A stretch of 63,751 nt of DNA, the filler included, from Octopus bimaculoides (taxonomy: Eukaryota), in assembly GCF_001194135.2 (NCBI RefSeq). It is 5 parts of 5 records of this genome, joined end to end, with 100 filler letters (N's around TTAATTAATTAA, not from the genome) between each part and the next. Parts side by side here need not be neighbours in the genome. Positions count along the whole stretch, not along the records: positions 1 to 17,595 come from NC_068984.1; 4 more parts are not named here. One strand, 5' to 3'. The notes under the pieces are model-generated. The model had not been told where the DNA came from. It was given only the letters and a program-made list of their open reading frames with translations, and made no database searches. Shown here piece after piece: positions 1-12,912 of the stretch. How positions within the stretch are numbered: position 1 is the stretch's first letter; the number at the start of each line of letters is the position of its first letter. The translations under genes and the position numbers were made by a program.

Positions 1-60
1 TTATAAAAAAGAATTTGAAGGACATTTAAAATATATGAAACTTATGTTGGCAGAATTTTA

Positions 61-154
61 TTCATGTGCGTGTGTGTGTGCATGTGTGTGTGTGTGTGTG
101 CGTGTGTGTGTTTGTGTGTGTGTGTGTGTGCGTGTGCGTGTGTGTGTGTGTGTG
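61..154. repeat. (TG)n microsatellite with CG interruptions
   Basis: Direct reading of the sequence. Confidence 0.95.
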
Positions 155-2001
155 AAAGATCGAAGTTAGCGGTTTGTGAAATGCTTTTAGCTGCATTAAA
201 ATTAATATTTTACTCCATCTGTAGTATTTGAATATTATTTTCTCCTCCTTACAAAAAAAAGGGGGGGGGCGGGAGCTGTAACTTGTGCTCGGTAGAGTTG
301 CTAAATATTCTCGATTGTAAATCCAACTTAATTAGTACAGTGTGGTATTAATCCGTTGTTCACTCTTATTTAATGAAACATTTTAAACGTTTCCACAAAA
401 AACCTTGTATAGTTACCATCCGTAGTTCTATGATTAATACCTGTGCTCTCTGCTTTTGGAGTCTTCTGCAGCTTACGTAAAGTATGGAGTATGTAACATA
501 CTAAGAACTCTTATCCTTACAAATTTTTTATCTTTAACCCTCGGTTGGTGCGGTGGGATATTAAAACACCGTTAGTAAGTGGAGTGTGGTATTTTATTTT
601 ATATCTTATTAGATTTACAATTATTTATCAAGTGTTTCAATACAATTTATTTCTCAAAATACATTTTAATCTTAGAGAAAGAAAATTTCATGTATTGGAC
701 AATGGAAAAGAAATGAAAAACTACTAAGGTAGGCAAGCAAAAAGAGTAGACATTTCAGTTGGTAAACCGTTTGGTGTTTACTATTTAGTCCTTGTCACTG
801 TTTGCATTCTCATCCTTGTAACCCACACCATAACAGTGAACACAAAGCATGAATGAATGATCCAAGCAGATGGAGCTCCAACACTTCTGATAACTATTCT
901 TTGTCTTTCAATCCTTTGATCTGGGGCATAATGTGAATCTTTGTTGAGAACTTTCACGACGGCATTTTGGAGGTATTTACCCCAAAATCATCATTATTAT
1001 GTATTACAAAAGCAAAAACAATACAAATCGACATTATGTTATGTATGCCACAACTGAACCTTAGGACACACATATCAGATAATAAAGAAAATAAATGCTT
1101 TAGAAAAATTACTTATAAGAATGGTGAGGGGATGGTTTGTTACACTCTGAGATGCAATTACTGTACACGTACTCCCTCCTTGTGCCAACAGCCGACTGGG
1201 TAAACTATGTATCAGCTTAGTGGACATTGGTAAGAAATTACATGGGAGGGTACTTGTTTCACTGCTGCCAAACGTAAGATATTTGTAAAGAAACATTACT
1301 TGGGATAAGCTACACCCTACTGCACCAAAGGAGTGTTAATCTAACCCTCAACTAGTACTCGATTAGTACTTATTTCATCGAAACCTTTCGGGGTTAATGA
1401 AATAAGTACTAGTCGAGCACTAGGTTGATGTAATTGACGTACCCTTTCCAAAAATATTGCTGGCTTTGTGCCAAAATTCGAAACCATTATTCTTTTCATT
1501 TTATTAGTCTTCATAAAATTATTTTGTATAAGCACTAATATATATATAGAGAGAGAGAGTTAACTACAAACTCGTACACACAATCTCTTTTCTTTTTGTT
1601 TCCCCACCTCTCTCTCTCCCCTTCTTTCTCTTTCTCATACTTTGTCCCTCTGTCTATCTCTCATTGTGTCATATCTACGCACGAGCACGCATGTGTTGTA
1701 TATAATTATAGAGTATGACAAGAATGCTTATATAGGGGTGCGTCTGTGTATGTGTGCGCGCGCTCGTATGTGCGTGTTTGTATTTTGTTTGTCTCTGTAT
1801 ATTTGAATATTTATGAATGTATATGTGTGTGTGTTTTAGAGCAGAAAGAGTGTTGAAACATATAAAGAACAATTGCAACAACAACAGCAAAATAATGTAT
1901 ATTAATGATGATATATAACAGGCACACGGCCTCTAATATTTTGAGATCAGTATAATCCCGCAGTACAGGAGTGGTGTATATTTTGACGACATAATCTTAA
2001 A

Positions 2002-2405
2002 GACTATAGAAAGCCATGGTCACTCACGTTTTAGCTAGTTTTACTATGGTATGCTACGCTGAGAGACAAGCAGTACATATCTCTATTTGCACATTCCTCT
2101 TGATGTGATATGGAAGTAGTTGACGAGATCTTATCCTGAGGGGAAACTTCCTTGGTCTTGGTGCCCTTACACTCAAACACGAAGGTACTTTTTTGCCATA
2201 ACTACAGACTACAGAAAGCCATGTTCACTCATGTTTTAGCTAGTTTTATTAAGGTATACTCGGGTAAGAGGCAAGCAGTACATATATCTCTATCTGCATA
2301 TTCCTCTCGATGTAATATTAAAATACTTGACGAAGGCTTATCGTGACAGGAAACTTCTTTAGACTCGGTACCGTTAAACACGAAGGTATTTCTTTCGCTA
2401 TAACT
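2002..2405. repeat. Two-copy diverged tandem repeat, period about 205 bp
   Basis: gactatagaaagccatg at 2002 recurs as gactacagaaagccatg at 2207; the copies stay colinear through aaacacgaaggta. Confidence 0.85.
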
Positions 2406-2627
2406 ATTAGAATAAAATTGAACTGAATACCCTTCTTTTCCAAAGTTAATGGAAAACTTCACTAGATTTCTTTAAATATGCATTCCTGTTTTATGTTAAC
2501 TAATGATAAATAAATAAATTTTGTAGCTAAAATTTAAGTTGTTGTAGCATTTTATGAAATTGTTGTACACATATGTGAGATATGAGTAATAACGTCTTAG
2601 TCACTAACATACTACATGACTTATGGC

Positions 2628-5159
2628 CAGTGGTTGTAAATAATTGATTGGAACCTTTTCAATCAATTATTTTCCTAGAGATCAATTAATTTTAATTGGA
2701 ATACAGGCCAATCAATTATTGCAATTAATTGTCAATTATTTTGCCGAACGTAAAAACAGCATTTAGATAAGAGCCAGAATGATAGGAAAATAAAAAGCAC
2801 GTCTTATAGTTTCAAAAAACTTTATCGCCAAAAAAGTTACAAGTTCAATTTTATCGATATGGAATGGTGAACACACTACATGTATACTCTACATTATACA
2901 GCAGCTAAAAAACAAATAAATTGAAGGTCTTTAATTAAAAGAATTTCTCAAACGAGTAGCACAATTAAAATGTTCTAATATAGCAAAAAGGTATGAATGA
3001 TTGCAGATTTCTGAAACTAGGTCTTCATTCCAGAAAGCGCGATTGATTTTTAGATATAACTGCATTTCTAAATTCCATGGTGTTAAGTATTGCCGAAAAT
3101 CATAAAAAGCATAACGTGCTGAGCTGAAGAAATGTTCCAAGATGTTGGACGTTGGCAACAAAAATCTACAGTTCAGATATTGCTGAGGCGAGATTTTATC
3201 TTTCTTGTGTTTTTTCAAACAAACTGAAGCAAAATCATCATCTTCTACAGGTAAATCAAACTGTTGTGACGTGTCTGTCACCACATTCAGCTGATGTAGA
3301 ACAGCTGCTTCATCCGCACTTAGCTCTGCTTCTGCATGTTATAAAATTTTCACGACTTCATTTTTAAAATTTGGGCTGTGCACAACGGCTGCCGATGGAA
3401 GCAAATAATTTTTAAACTCCTCGTAAGGATACAATGCGAGAATTTCGTCTAAAAGAATCCGAGCATCTCCCAAATCCATTTCTGTTCCTTGCAAGGCGAC
3501 TGTTACTGAGCATAACTTTCCTAAATTCTCTTTTATAGTCTGCAGTTCTCTATGATAGCATGGAGTCAACAAATGATCAACCAGATTTGGATCACTTTGA
3601 AAAGAGTCTAAAAACGGCTTGAGTTGGACGTACCTCTCGATCATGTCATAAGTACTGGACCAACGGTTTTATTTCTTTGTATAGGTTGCAAAGGCGTTTC
3701 TTTCTCGAAGTTTACCTGCAGGTTTTAATGATTTTAGCTTGCCCATCAACATACTAATTTTATCAAGAGCTTCCTGCTTGTCAAGATAAGCAGAAACAGC
3801 TAGACTGAATTCATGGGAGGCACATCCAACCAATGGTATTCTACCCTAATTCACAATAGATTTGTTCACTTCAGTATTATCTCCGTTAATAGCTACATTT
3901 TCTAAATTTTTGTTATAGACACTTAACACATATTATATAAATTCCACATAATCAGAAGCAGTGAATGATGTTTCACTTACCATTGATGATAATGCCAGCA
4001 AAATAGTACAATAGTAATTTTGATAATTACACGAATAAGATGCAAAAAGTCTAATGAAATGCGTCGAACTCATAGTCCAACCGTCGATTACCAACGAAAA
4101 TTTACTTGGAAGTTCATCAGATATTTTCTTTTCCACTTCTTGAGTAAGCTTCTCCATGTATTTTGTTAAGGTTACATTTGTCATACCTACCAAATTTGTG
4201 TACTTACGAGTCAGTGGGTCTTCAGTAAAGGAAAATGATTTTAAACCAACACATACCCACTCAATCTAACCCTAAACAATTAAGGTCGAGCGACTGACCA
4301 AACTACTTCTCAGTGAAAGAAAACTCGATAAAGATGGTTGCCCAGTTGTTTGTGCAGTAGAATACTTAGGATGCTGAGGGGGGGGGGTTATATGATTCAT
4401 AAGATTTGTCCACCCGGTTCCTTTTTTCTGGGTCAACTATTTTCCACACTGAAATATTTTCTGATGATTTGCTCATTTTCAGGCGTCATGGGTTAGTTTA
4501 CAATAAAAGATATTTCACCACAGTTTAAAATAGAAGATACTTCGTCACTCCACTGATGAAAGTCTGATTCAGTTAATGTGTTGGAGCGGAATTCAAGATA
4601 TAACCGTGTTGCAGGCGACGTTACGATTTAATGACCTGAAGACTGAATGAGTGAAACATTCTCGGCAGTCAGAACCAAGAATCATTCGTCAGCGATTATT
4701 TGACACCATACTCAATAGCCAATTCCCAAACACGACAGAATGTGTGAATCATTCTCGGCTGTCCTAACCAAGCGTCAACACTCGACAACGGATATTTGAC
4801 AACATACACAATAGCCACTTCCCAAGCATGATAGAATGGGTATCATTCTCAGCAGTCTGATTCAAGCATCAACACTTGACACACATACACAATAGTCAAT
4901 TCCTAAGTATGACAGAGTGTGTGAATCATTCTCAGCAGTTAGAGCAAAACGTCAACACAATGCCTCAAACAATTGAACGTCGAATGCAGTATGAGCCATT
5001 TGAAAAACTTTCGCTGACAATGTTGCAATTAACTGCAAATAATTTCAATTAATTGATATGATAGCAATCAATTATTTAATTGGCAGTACTACTCCAATCA
5101 ATTAATTGGACCAATATATTGCAACTAATTTTTCATCAATTAATTTTTTACAGCCCCTG
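2628..5159 (-). mobile_element. Full-length decayed hAT DNA transposon (2.5 kb)
   Basis: Imperfect 23-bp TIRs, CAGTGGTTGTAAATAATTGATTG versus revcomp CAGGGGCTGTAAAAAATTAATTG (19/23). 8-bp TSD cttatggc (2620-2627) / cttttggc (5160-5167). Subterminal AATCAATTA-like motifs at both ends. Confidence 0.92.
2931..4489 (-). pseudogene. hAT transposase pseudogene with stops and frameshifts
   Basis: Minus-strand motifs in the expected order: QKKGTGWTNLMNHI (BED-like remnant), FSLVIDGWT (first catalytic D), PLVGCASHEFSLAV (CxxH), RWSSTYDMIERY, and LLPTSNILEHFFSSAR...LTPWNLEMQLYLKIN (C-terminal dimerisation region). Confidence 0.9.
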
Positions 5160-5295
5160 CTTTTGGCTATGAAGTTGAGCACGTATAAACATTTTGGGTA
5201 AATTGAAACTGTGATTTATCTCGATTGAAAGGCTTGCATTTCATATTCCTTAAGTTTCATCAGTTTCAGAAACACGTATATGTCCCAGAAACATC

Positions 5296-5344
<49 letters not shown>

Positions 5345-5575
5345 CGTAAGAAATAGATATATATGTAAAAAAATGCACACATACAGGTGTNNNNNNNNNN
5401 NNNNNNNNNNNNNNNNNNNNNNNNNNNNNNNNNNNNNNNNNNNNNNNNNNNNNNNNNNNNNNNNNNNNNNNNNNNNNNNNNNNNNNNNNNNNNNNNNNNN
5501 NNNNNAGAGAGAGAGAGGGGGAGAGAGAGAGGGAGAGAGAAAGAGAGGAAGAGAGAGAGAGTGTGTGCATTGTGT

Positions 5576-5619
<44 letters not shown>

Positions 5620-6006
5620 GCGCGCGCGCGCGTGGGTGAGCGTGCGAGTGAGTATGTGTTGGTGTGTAATAACACTTATGTGTAAATAATGCTGGAAAAG
5701 GAGTACGCGATGTAAAAAGTAGTGTTATACATTATATTTTACTGAAACCTGAAAGTGCAGATATCCTTTCACAAGGTTTCTCGTTTCTGACCGTCGGAGA
5801 GTGTGAAGAGTGAGATATAAAAAGTAGTTCAGTTTACTTAATCTGATATAATTGTTTACGCCTTAGAGTTGGACAATAAAAATTCAAAAAGTTCTTTGCA
5901 ATACCAATAATCCTTTAATAAAAAAATTCTCTTCTAAACATTAATTTCTTTCATAAGCATCAGTTTATTTAGCTATAGTGCTATCACACAATTGAAATCT
6001 GTTTGA

Positions 6007-6588
6007 CCCTTTGGCATTTAAACCGGCCATATATGATCCAAATATTCTATTGGTTTTCTGTTCAAATGGCCTGATTCAGCCTCTCACACCTACCTTGCTA
6101 TGTCATTCTAAAAATAAGCAATTATATCTTCAAAATCTTGAAGCTACAAGATACTACATGATTTTTGGTCAGCGGTGTCGATTTTACAAATCTGTAAATA
6201 ATACTATTTTATAAGCTTAAAGCTTATAAGCGATCACTGTGCATTGACTAAGGTAAATAGTCTAATATTAGGGTATATAAGTCCTCGACTGAAAAAAAGG
6301 TAGGGTTGTCTGTACACGTGGGACACAAACTCATACTTCTATGTTTTCACGACGTGTGCTACCGTTACACCAACGTACCTAGCTCCATTCAATCAGACTG
6401 TAAATATAATTTCATGTTGGTTATCTGCGATGACTTTTGGTAAGCGGTGTCGATTTTACAAATCTGTAAATAATAATAATGATAATTTATAAGCTTTAAG
6501 CTTATAAAATATAATTTCTACATTATTAATTTCTTTAATGTGGATAAATAAGCATTACATTTGATAAATTAATCTGAATGTTAACGGG
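6007..6588. mobile_element. Probable piggyBac-type MITE split by a secondary insertion
   Basis: Termini CCCTTTGGCATT and AATGTTAACGGG (9/12 inverted match), flanked by degenerate TTAA sites (ttga / ttag). The interior holds a ~65-bp direct repeat (6163 and 6435) around a minus-strand tRNA-like head. Confidence 0.4.
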
Positions 6589-8353
6589 TTAGGTGTTATA
6601 TGAGTTATAATGTGAATTATGATAATGCATTCAAAACGAATTGTAACCAGCATTATCCTTTCTTTCAAGGATTTGGCAAAATTTAGTGCGCTCTTGCTCA
6701 AAATACATCTTCTCCTCCAATTAGGACCAAGTTCCGTTCCGACGATAAGTCGTAAGTCGAGGAGATGTACAAAGGTTTATTCTCAAATACAGTCCACCAG
6801 ATAAGTATGCAGCAGATAATTGTAGCTTCATCAACACTTGCACGTTTATTAGGTAAAGTCAGAATTGTTGAGATTCTGTTGAACCGGTCCGGAATATCTA
6901 TTTGTAAGTATTTATACAATGTATTATGTGTTTTTATACTTCAAGGCTACTGGATGTTAGCCAACTGTTTTTTTTTTCCTTTTGTCTTTGCGAATGCTCG
7001 CCTTCTTTTCGAATTAGAGAGAGAGAGAGAGAGAGAGAGAGAGANNNNNNNNNNNNNNNNNNNNNNNNNNNNNNNNNNNNNNNNNNNNNNNNNNNNNNNN
7101 NNNNNNNNNNNNNNNNNNNNNNNNNNNNNNNNNNNNNNNNNNNNNNNNNNNNNNNNNNNNNNNNNNNNNNNNNNNNNNNNNNNNNNNNNNNNNNNNNNNN
7201 NNNNNNNNNNNNNNNNNNNNNNNNNNNNNNNNNNNNNNNNNNNNNNNNNNNNNNNNNNNNNNNNNNNNNNNNNNNNNNNNNNNNNNNNNNNNNNNNNNNN
7301 NNNNNNNNNNNNNNNNNNNNNNNNNNNNNNNNNNNNNNNNNNNNNNNNNNNNNNNNNNNNNNNNNNNNNNNNNNNNNNNNNNNNNNNNNNNNNNNNNNNN
7401 NNNNNNNNNNNNNNNNNNNNNNNNNNNNNNNNNNNNNNNNNNNNNNNNNNNNNNNNNNNNNNNNNNNNNNNNNNNNNNNNNNNNNNNNNNNNNNNNNNNN
7501 NNNNNNNNNNNNNNNNNNNNNNNNNNNNNNNNNNNNNNNNNNNNNNNNNNNNNNNNNNNNNNNNNNNNNNNNNNNNNNNATATATATATATATATATATA
7601 CACATATATGTAAGAACTTACGGTGGACAAGGCTGCGTGGCGCTCGGTTATAGATTAATAGAAAATACACATTAAATACAAGACATCACCAACGAGTGAA
7701 ACGTACGTAAACACACGAATGATAAGTACAAGACAAAATATCAAAAAATGCACAATAAGTACAGGACATCACGAGCGACTGAAAAATAAGTAAACACATA
7801 ACGAGAAACAAACACGGGACAAAATACCAAAAGAAGTCTAACTCCTCCTTAGTTGTCAACTGTTTATTACTACCTATTTCGAACATTTAACGACAAGATA
7901 GGAAAATTTCATAAGGCAGCAGCTTACAGAAATTTTAAAAATATAAAATTTGTGGAGAGTTAGGGTTTCGAACGAACAAACAAAAATGTGGACACTAACG
8001 CTCGTGCGCACACAAACACACACACATGCACATACATATTCATAGGAACAATATACTAATGACAAAATGAGAAGGTCACTTAAAGAGGTCAGAGCTACCC
8101 AGCAGTAGGTAAGAATACTTTTCAAAAGGTGGCTTAATAGGCTCTCTCAAGTCACACCTATCACGTGGGATGGACGCGACATATCATCAATCATTGCTAA
8201 AATTCTCGTGCTCCTCGCGTGGACAACTTGGTTACTACTGATATTATTGCTATCGCTACCGGTGCTACTCTTATTGTTGCTCCTGCTAATGTTCATGATG
8301 ATTGATCTGTTTTATTGTTTAGCTCCTTAATAAATGTGTACCTGCGTATAGTG

Positions 8354-8488
8354 CAGTGTTTCTCAACCATTTTTGTGGTTTATTTATTTTTTTTTACCTA
8401 TGGATCCCTTTGATTTCTATTTCACTCGGATGCAGCCTCTCAAGTTATTCGACGCTTAAAAAAATCATATTATATTTTTATAATTAAA
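8354..8488 (+). mobile_element. Orphan end of an hAT/Charlie-like MITE
   Basis: Begins CAGTGTTTCTCAACC, a typical Charlie TIR; the partner end was not found. Confidence 0.35.
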
Positions 8489-8620
8489 TATTGGGTTGTC
8501 CGGAAAGTTCGTGCCGATTTTTAAAGGAAAGAAAAAGGTCAATAAATACTTGCCATTACATTTTTAATCGACCAAATATGAACCATTTTGTTGCACAATG
8601 CGTCTCCATCTTTCGTACAT
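8489..8620 (-). mobile_element. Mariner 3' end fragment
   Basis: TIR TATTGGGTTGTCCGGAAAGTTCGTGCCGATTT; the minus strand encodes ERWRRIVQQNGSYLVD*, a mariner transposase C-terminus. Confidence 0.75.
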
Positions 8621-8962
8621 CTGTAGGAAATTTTGAAATTAAAAAATTTTTCCTCCTCTCGCCAATGTTTACAATTTTAAAAATTGAACCAGGGACCGAA
8701 CAAAAGACCACAGAGCGCATTTATAATGAAGCAGTATGTAGTATTGGAGTGTTCATGTTTTCTTCAAACAGCATTAGCGTTTTCTGTAAGTAAATTGCAA
8801 ATAAGCGATCACTGAAAAGCTTAAAACAATATATAGATTTTAATCTCCTCGTTCTACACCACGCTGGAGGCCAGCTTATCGCTTGCTCTAATGAAATACC
8901 ATCGTCCTTTCTGCTGTAATTAATAAATGTCATTGGAAAACTGATAATCCAGAATTTATATA

Positions 8963-9454
8963 CTGTAATCACTCGCCATAACGTGGTTTACCTATCACGC
9001 CCGCAATACATCGCGGATTTTTCTGGCTGTATATGTAAATTTATATAGCGGACTCCTCAGTATGTCACGGATTTCTGCAGCCGATAGTTTTTTTAATATT
9101 TCTTTTAGATTTTAATTATTTCTGTGGTAAAATAAACATTTTCACGCATAAAAATTAATAGATTAATGAATAAAAATACAATACAGTACTGCTCTTTATA
9201 ACACATTAATTAAAATAAAAACAAAATACGTTTTGTACCGTTGATGAGTAAATAAAGAATCGCACGTACTGTATGAAAAGCGAAACTCAGGAGGCGAGTG
9301 TATGGTGTTGTTTTGCATTTATAATAAAATAAATATATGCAAATTATAAAAATTTAAAAAATATATATAATACAGTACTATTTCTACTTCGCGGATTTTC
9401 ACCTATCGCGGGGTATTTTGGAACGTAACACCTGCCATAGTCGAGGGATTCCTC
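8963..9454. mobile_element. Tigger/pogo-type MITE
   Basis: TA|CTGTAATCACTCG ... CGAGGGATTCCTC|TA degenerate TIRs, internal ACCTATCRCG/CGCGGATTTT motifs, and a sibling copy at 47533-47758. Confidence 0.65.
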
Positions 9455-9984
9455 TATATCATTATTTGAGAGAACTTTGGTGGCTAGTTTAAGAAGCTCG
9501 CATAAAAGATATAGGAACCAGTTGAAAGCTCTTCGTTGGTTCCGAGTTGGTGATTTCATTGCTGTTGATGAAAATTACTTCATGTTGATTTTTGTTTTTG
9601 CTTTTGTTGTTATGTTGTCCCAAGACAACTCTGCGCAAAACTATACCTAAAGAAGTTCTAAATGTGATCAATTTGATTCTCTGAAGACAGCAAAGACTGA
9701 TTTGTGCATTGTGATGTTTCTATAGATAATATGGTGTATATGAGGATGCTTTTTCTATTATTTCTAGTGAGTCGCAGATTTGATTGATCAGAATTATGAT
9801 CAAAGGCGTTTCAGTCGTGATCAATCGTTTTTTTTTTTTTTTTTGTGAATGCAGTTTAGACTCAAGTTCTGCGTACTTCTGACTGATGAGACACAAAATA
9901 TTGAAACATCGGTGTCCCAAAATCACTTGCACCAATGACTCGAATATGTAATGAACACATCGTCGTAAAAGGGAGAATTGTATA

Positions 9985-10110
9985 TGTACATATGCATGCA
10001 TGCATGTATGTATGTATGTATGTATGTATGTATGTATGTATGTATGTATGTATGTATGCATGTATGTATGTAGGTATGTTTGCATGTATCTATCTATCTA
10101 TCTATCTATG
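9985..10110. repeat. (TATG)n/(TATC)n microsatellite
   Basis: Direct reading. Confidence 0.9.
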
Positions 10111-10337
10111 CTTATTCCCTTTATCTTGTAATTTAGAATAAATTTTGACCGGCCAACTGCTTGCTAGCACAAAGGTATGAAGCAAAGCATCTTGCTTGCT
10201 TAAGGTTTTGCAAATTTGTTTAGTCCCAGATAACGTAATCTTTTATAATGAATTGATAAAGGATTTGCGTTCTCTCCCCAAGAACCCAAGTTCAGCTATA
10301 CTTTGCTTCAGGTAGGTGTATGTATGTACGTACGTAG

Positions 10338-10368
<31 letters not shown>

Positions 10369-10396
10369 TGTATGTATGTATGTATGTATAACTCTG

Positions 10397-10559
10397 TGGA
10401 GGCGCAATGGCCCAGTGGTTAAGGCAGCAGACTCGTGGTCATAGGTTCACGGTTTCGATTCCCAGACCGGGTGTTGTGAGTGTTTATTGAGCGAAAACAC
10501 CTAAAGCTCCACGAGGCTCCGGCAGGGGATGGTGGCAAACCCTGCTGTACTCTTTCACC
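10397..10559 (+). mobile_element. tRNA-derived SINE, family A, 5' part truncated by a gap
   Basis: A box TGGCCCAGTGG and B box GGTTTCGATTCC; near-identical to the minus copy at 12074-12460. Confidence 0.85.
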
Positions 10560-11554
10560 NNNNNNNNNNNNNNNNNNNNNNNNNNNNNNNNNNNNNNNNN
10601 NNNNNNNNNNNNNNNNNNNNNNNNNNNNNNNNNNNNNNNNNNNNNNNNNNNNNNNNNNNNNNNNNNNNNNNNNNNNNNNNNNNNNNNNNNNNNNNNNNNN
10701 NNNNNNNNNNNNNNNNNNNNNNNNNNNNNNNNNNNNNNNNNNNNNNNNNNNNNNNNNNNNNNNNNNNNNNNNNNNNNNNNNNNNNNNNNNNNNNNNNNNN
10801 NNNNNNNNNNNNNNNNNNNNNNNNNNNNNNNNNNNNNNNNNNNNNNNNNNNNNNNNNNNNNNNNNNNNNNNNNNNNNNNNNNNNNNNNNNNNNNNNNNNN
10901 NNNNNNNNNNNNNNNNNNNNNNNNNNNNNNNNNNNNNNNNNNNNNNNNNNNNNNNNNNNNNNNNNNNNNNNNNNNNNNNNNNNNNNNNNNNNNNNNNNNN
11001 NNNNNNNNNNNNNNNNNNNNNNNNNNNNNNNNNNNNNNNNNNNNNNNNNNNNNNNNNNNNNNNNNNNNNNNNNNNNNNNNNNNNNNNNNNNNNNNNNNNN
11101 NNNNNNNNNNNNNNNNNNNNNNNNNNNNNNNNNNNNNNNNNNNNNNNNNNNNNNNNNNNNNNNNNNNNNNNNNNNNNNNNNNNNNNNNNNNNNNNNNNNN
11201 NNNNNNNNNNNNNNNNNNNNNNNNNNNNNNNNNNNNNNNNNNNNNNNNNNNNNNNNNNNNNNNNNNNNNNNNNNNNNNNNNNNNNNNNNNNNNNNNNNNN
11301 NNNNNNNNNNNNNNNNNNNNNNNNNNNNNNNNNNNNNNNNNNNNNNNNNNNNNNNNNNNNNNNNNNNNNNNNNNNNNNNNNNNNNNNNTGTATATGTATG
11401 TAAGTATATGTGCATATATGTATGTGTGTATTATATCACACGCCTGTTGTGATATGACACCCTTTCCTGAAACCCCCTTCTTTCACTGTCTTTTCAACTC
11501 ATTTTCACTTTTTGTTTCTCTCTCCTCTTCAGTTTCTGGTATCACCTACCTCTT

Positions 11555-11646
<92 letters not shown>

Positions 11647-12073
11647 ACTCATTTCTTTTTACTTTCTGCAATATACCGTATCAGAGATCGAATTTACATC
11701 CTTTTTAATCTATTTCCTATTAACCTATTTTATCAGCGACATGCATGACTCTGTGTTTCAGAAGTTAACTGCAAAACCCGGTGGTCCCGCGGTCAAGCCC
11801 ATTGCGCATCTTCTCATGCAATACTTGTGAATGGAGTTCGTTTGACTCAAGCCGTGTTGAAGTCCATTAATGTGCGCGCGCATATGTGTGTGTGTGTGTG
11901 TATGTGTGTGCTCGCGCGCGCGATTGTAAACATCGGTGAGAGGACGAACAATTATCTCAGTTGAAAGGTTTGCATTTCTTATCCCTTAAGTATCACCGGT
12001 TTAGAGAAACACGTATATGTCCCAGATAAATCATATATATTGTAAGAAATATATTTCAAAATAGGCTGCCTGC

Positions 12074-12460
12074 TGTTTTTGTTGGCACTCCGTCGCTTAC
12101 GACGACGAGGGTTCCAGTTGATCCGATCAACGGAACAGCCTGCTCGTGAAATTAACGTGCAAGTGGCTGAGCACTCCACAGACACATGTACCCTTAACGT
12201 AGTTCTCGGGGATATTCAGCGTGACAGAGTGTGACAAGGCTGGTCCTTTGAAATATAGGTACAACAGAAACAGGAAGTAAGAGTGAGAGAAAGTTGTGGT
12301 GAAAGAGTACAGCAGGGTTCGCCACCATCCCCTGCCGGAGCCTCATGGAGCTTTAGGTGTTTTCGCTCAATAAACACTCACAACATCCGGTTTAGGAATC
12401 GAAACCGCGATCCTATGACTGCGAGTCCGCTGCCCTAACCACTGGGCCATTGCACCTCCA
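12074..12460 (-). mobile_element. Full-length tRNA-derived SINE, family A, with RTE-like 3' tail
   Basis: A and B boxes at the 5' end; 3' stem-loop cgtc-gtaagc-gacg followed by gagtgccaacaa; TSD ggctgcctgc (12064-12073) / gactgcctgc (12461-12470). Confidence 0.9.
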
Positions 12461-12912
12461 GACTGCCTGCATAAAGTAATAGACACTTTGTTATTATGTT
12501 ATCATTTCTATGCAATGAACTAGGGAAACAAGAAAAAACGGGTACTGAAATTTTCAGTGGCCAATATATCATGTTTTATAAAATGAAACTCGTTATTGAA
12601 AGCTTTTATTCGTAAATAATTCTTGTGCTTGCGAATGCCTGTACACTTTTGTGTAAGTATGTTTATGCGTGCATATGCGCGCGCGAATGCGCATATGTGT
12701 GCGTATGTGTGCCAGCTATCAAGCGCGTTTACTTCACCGAAAAATCAGAATATTGGCGAGAGAATCTTTTTCAGCTCTCTAAAAAATAAAATTAATCTTG
12801 GCTAAAAATGTAAAATTCATCTTGGCAGAAGATTTATCTAAGTTAAACAATACAAAAATCGTAACATTTCTCTCACTTTTTAATTTTCGTAATTTATGTT
12901 AATACAATGATT

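Noticed and set aside
545-1535. Several 60-80-aa ORFs
   Set aside because: No recognisable domains and no consistent splice sites
6765-6909. Ankyrin-like phrase LLGKVRIVEILLNRSGISI ending at a GTAAGT donor; SVDEA on the minus strand resembles piggyBac
   Set aside because: The best upstream acceptor gives stops in all frames, and neither motif extends
7680-7900. Possible Penelope pLTR/hammerhead on the minus strand (TTCGAAA...CTAAGGAG)
   Set aside because: The core is too degenerate and no stems could be assigned
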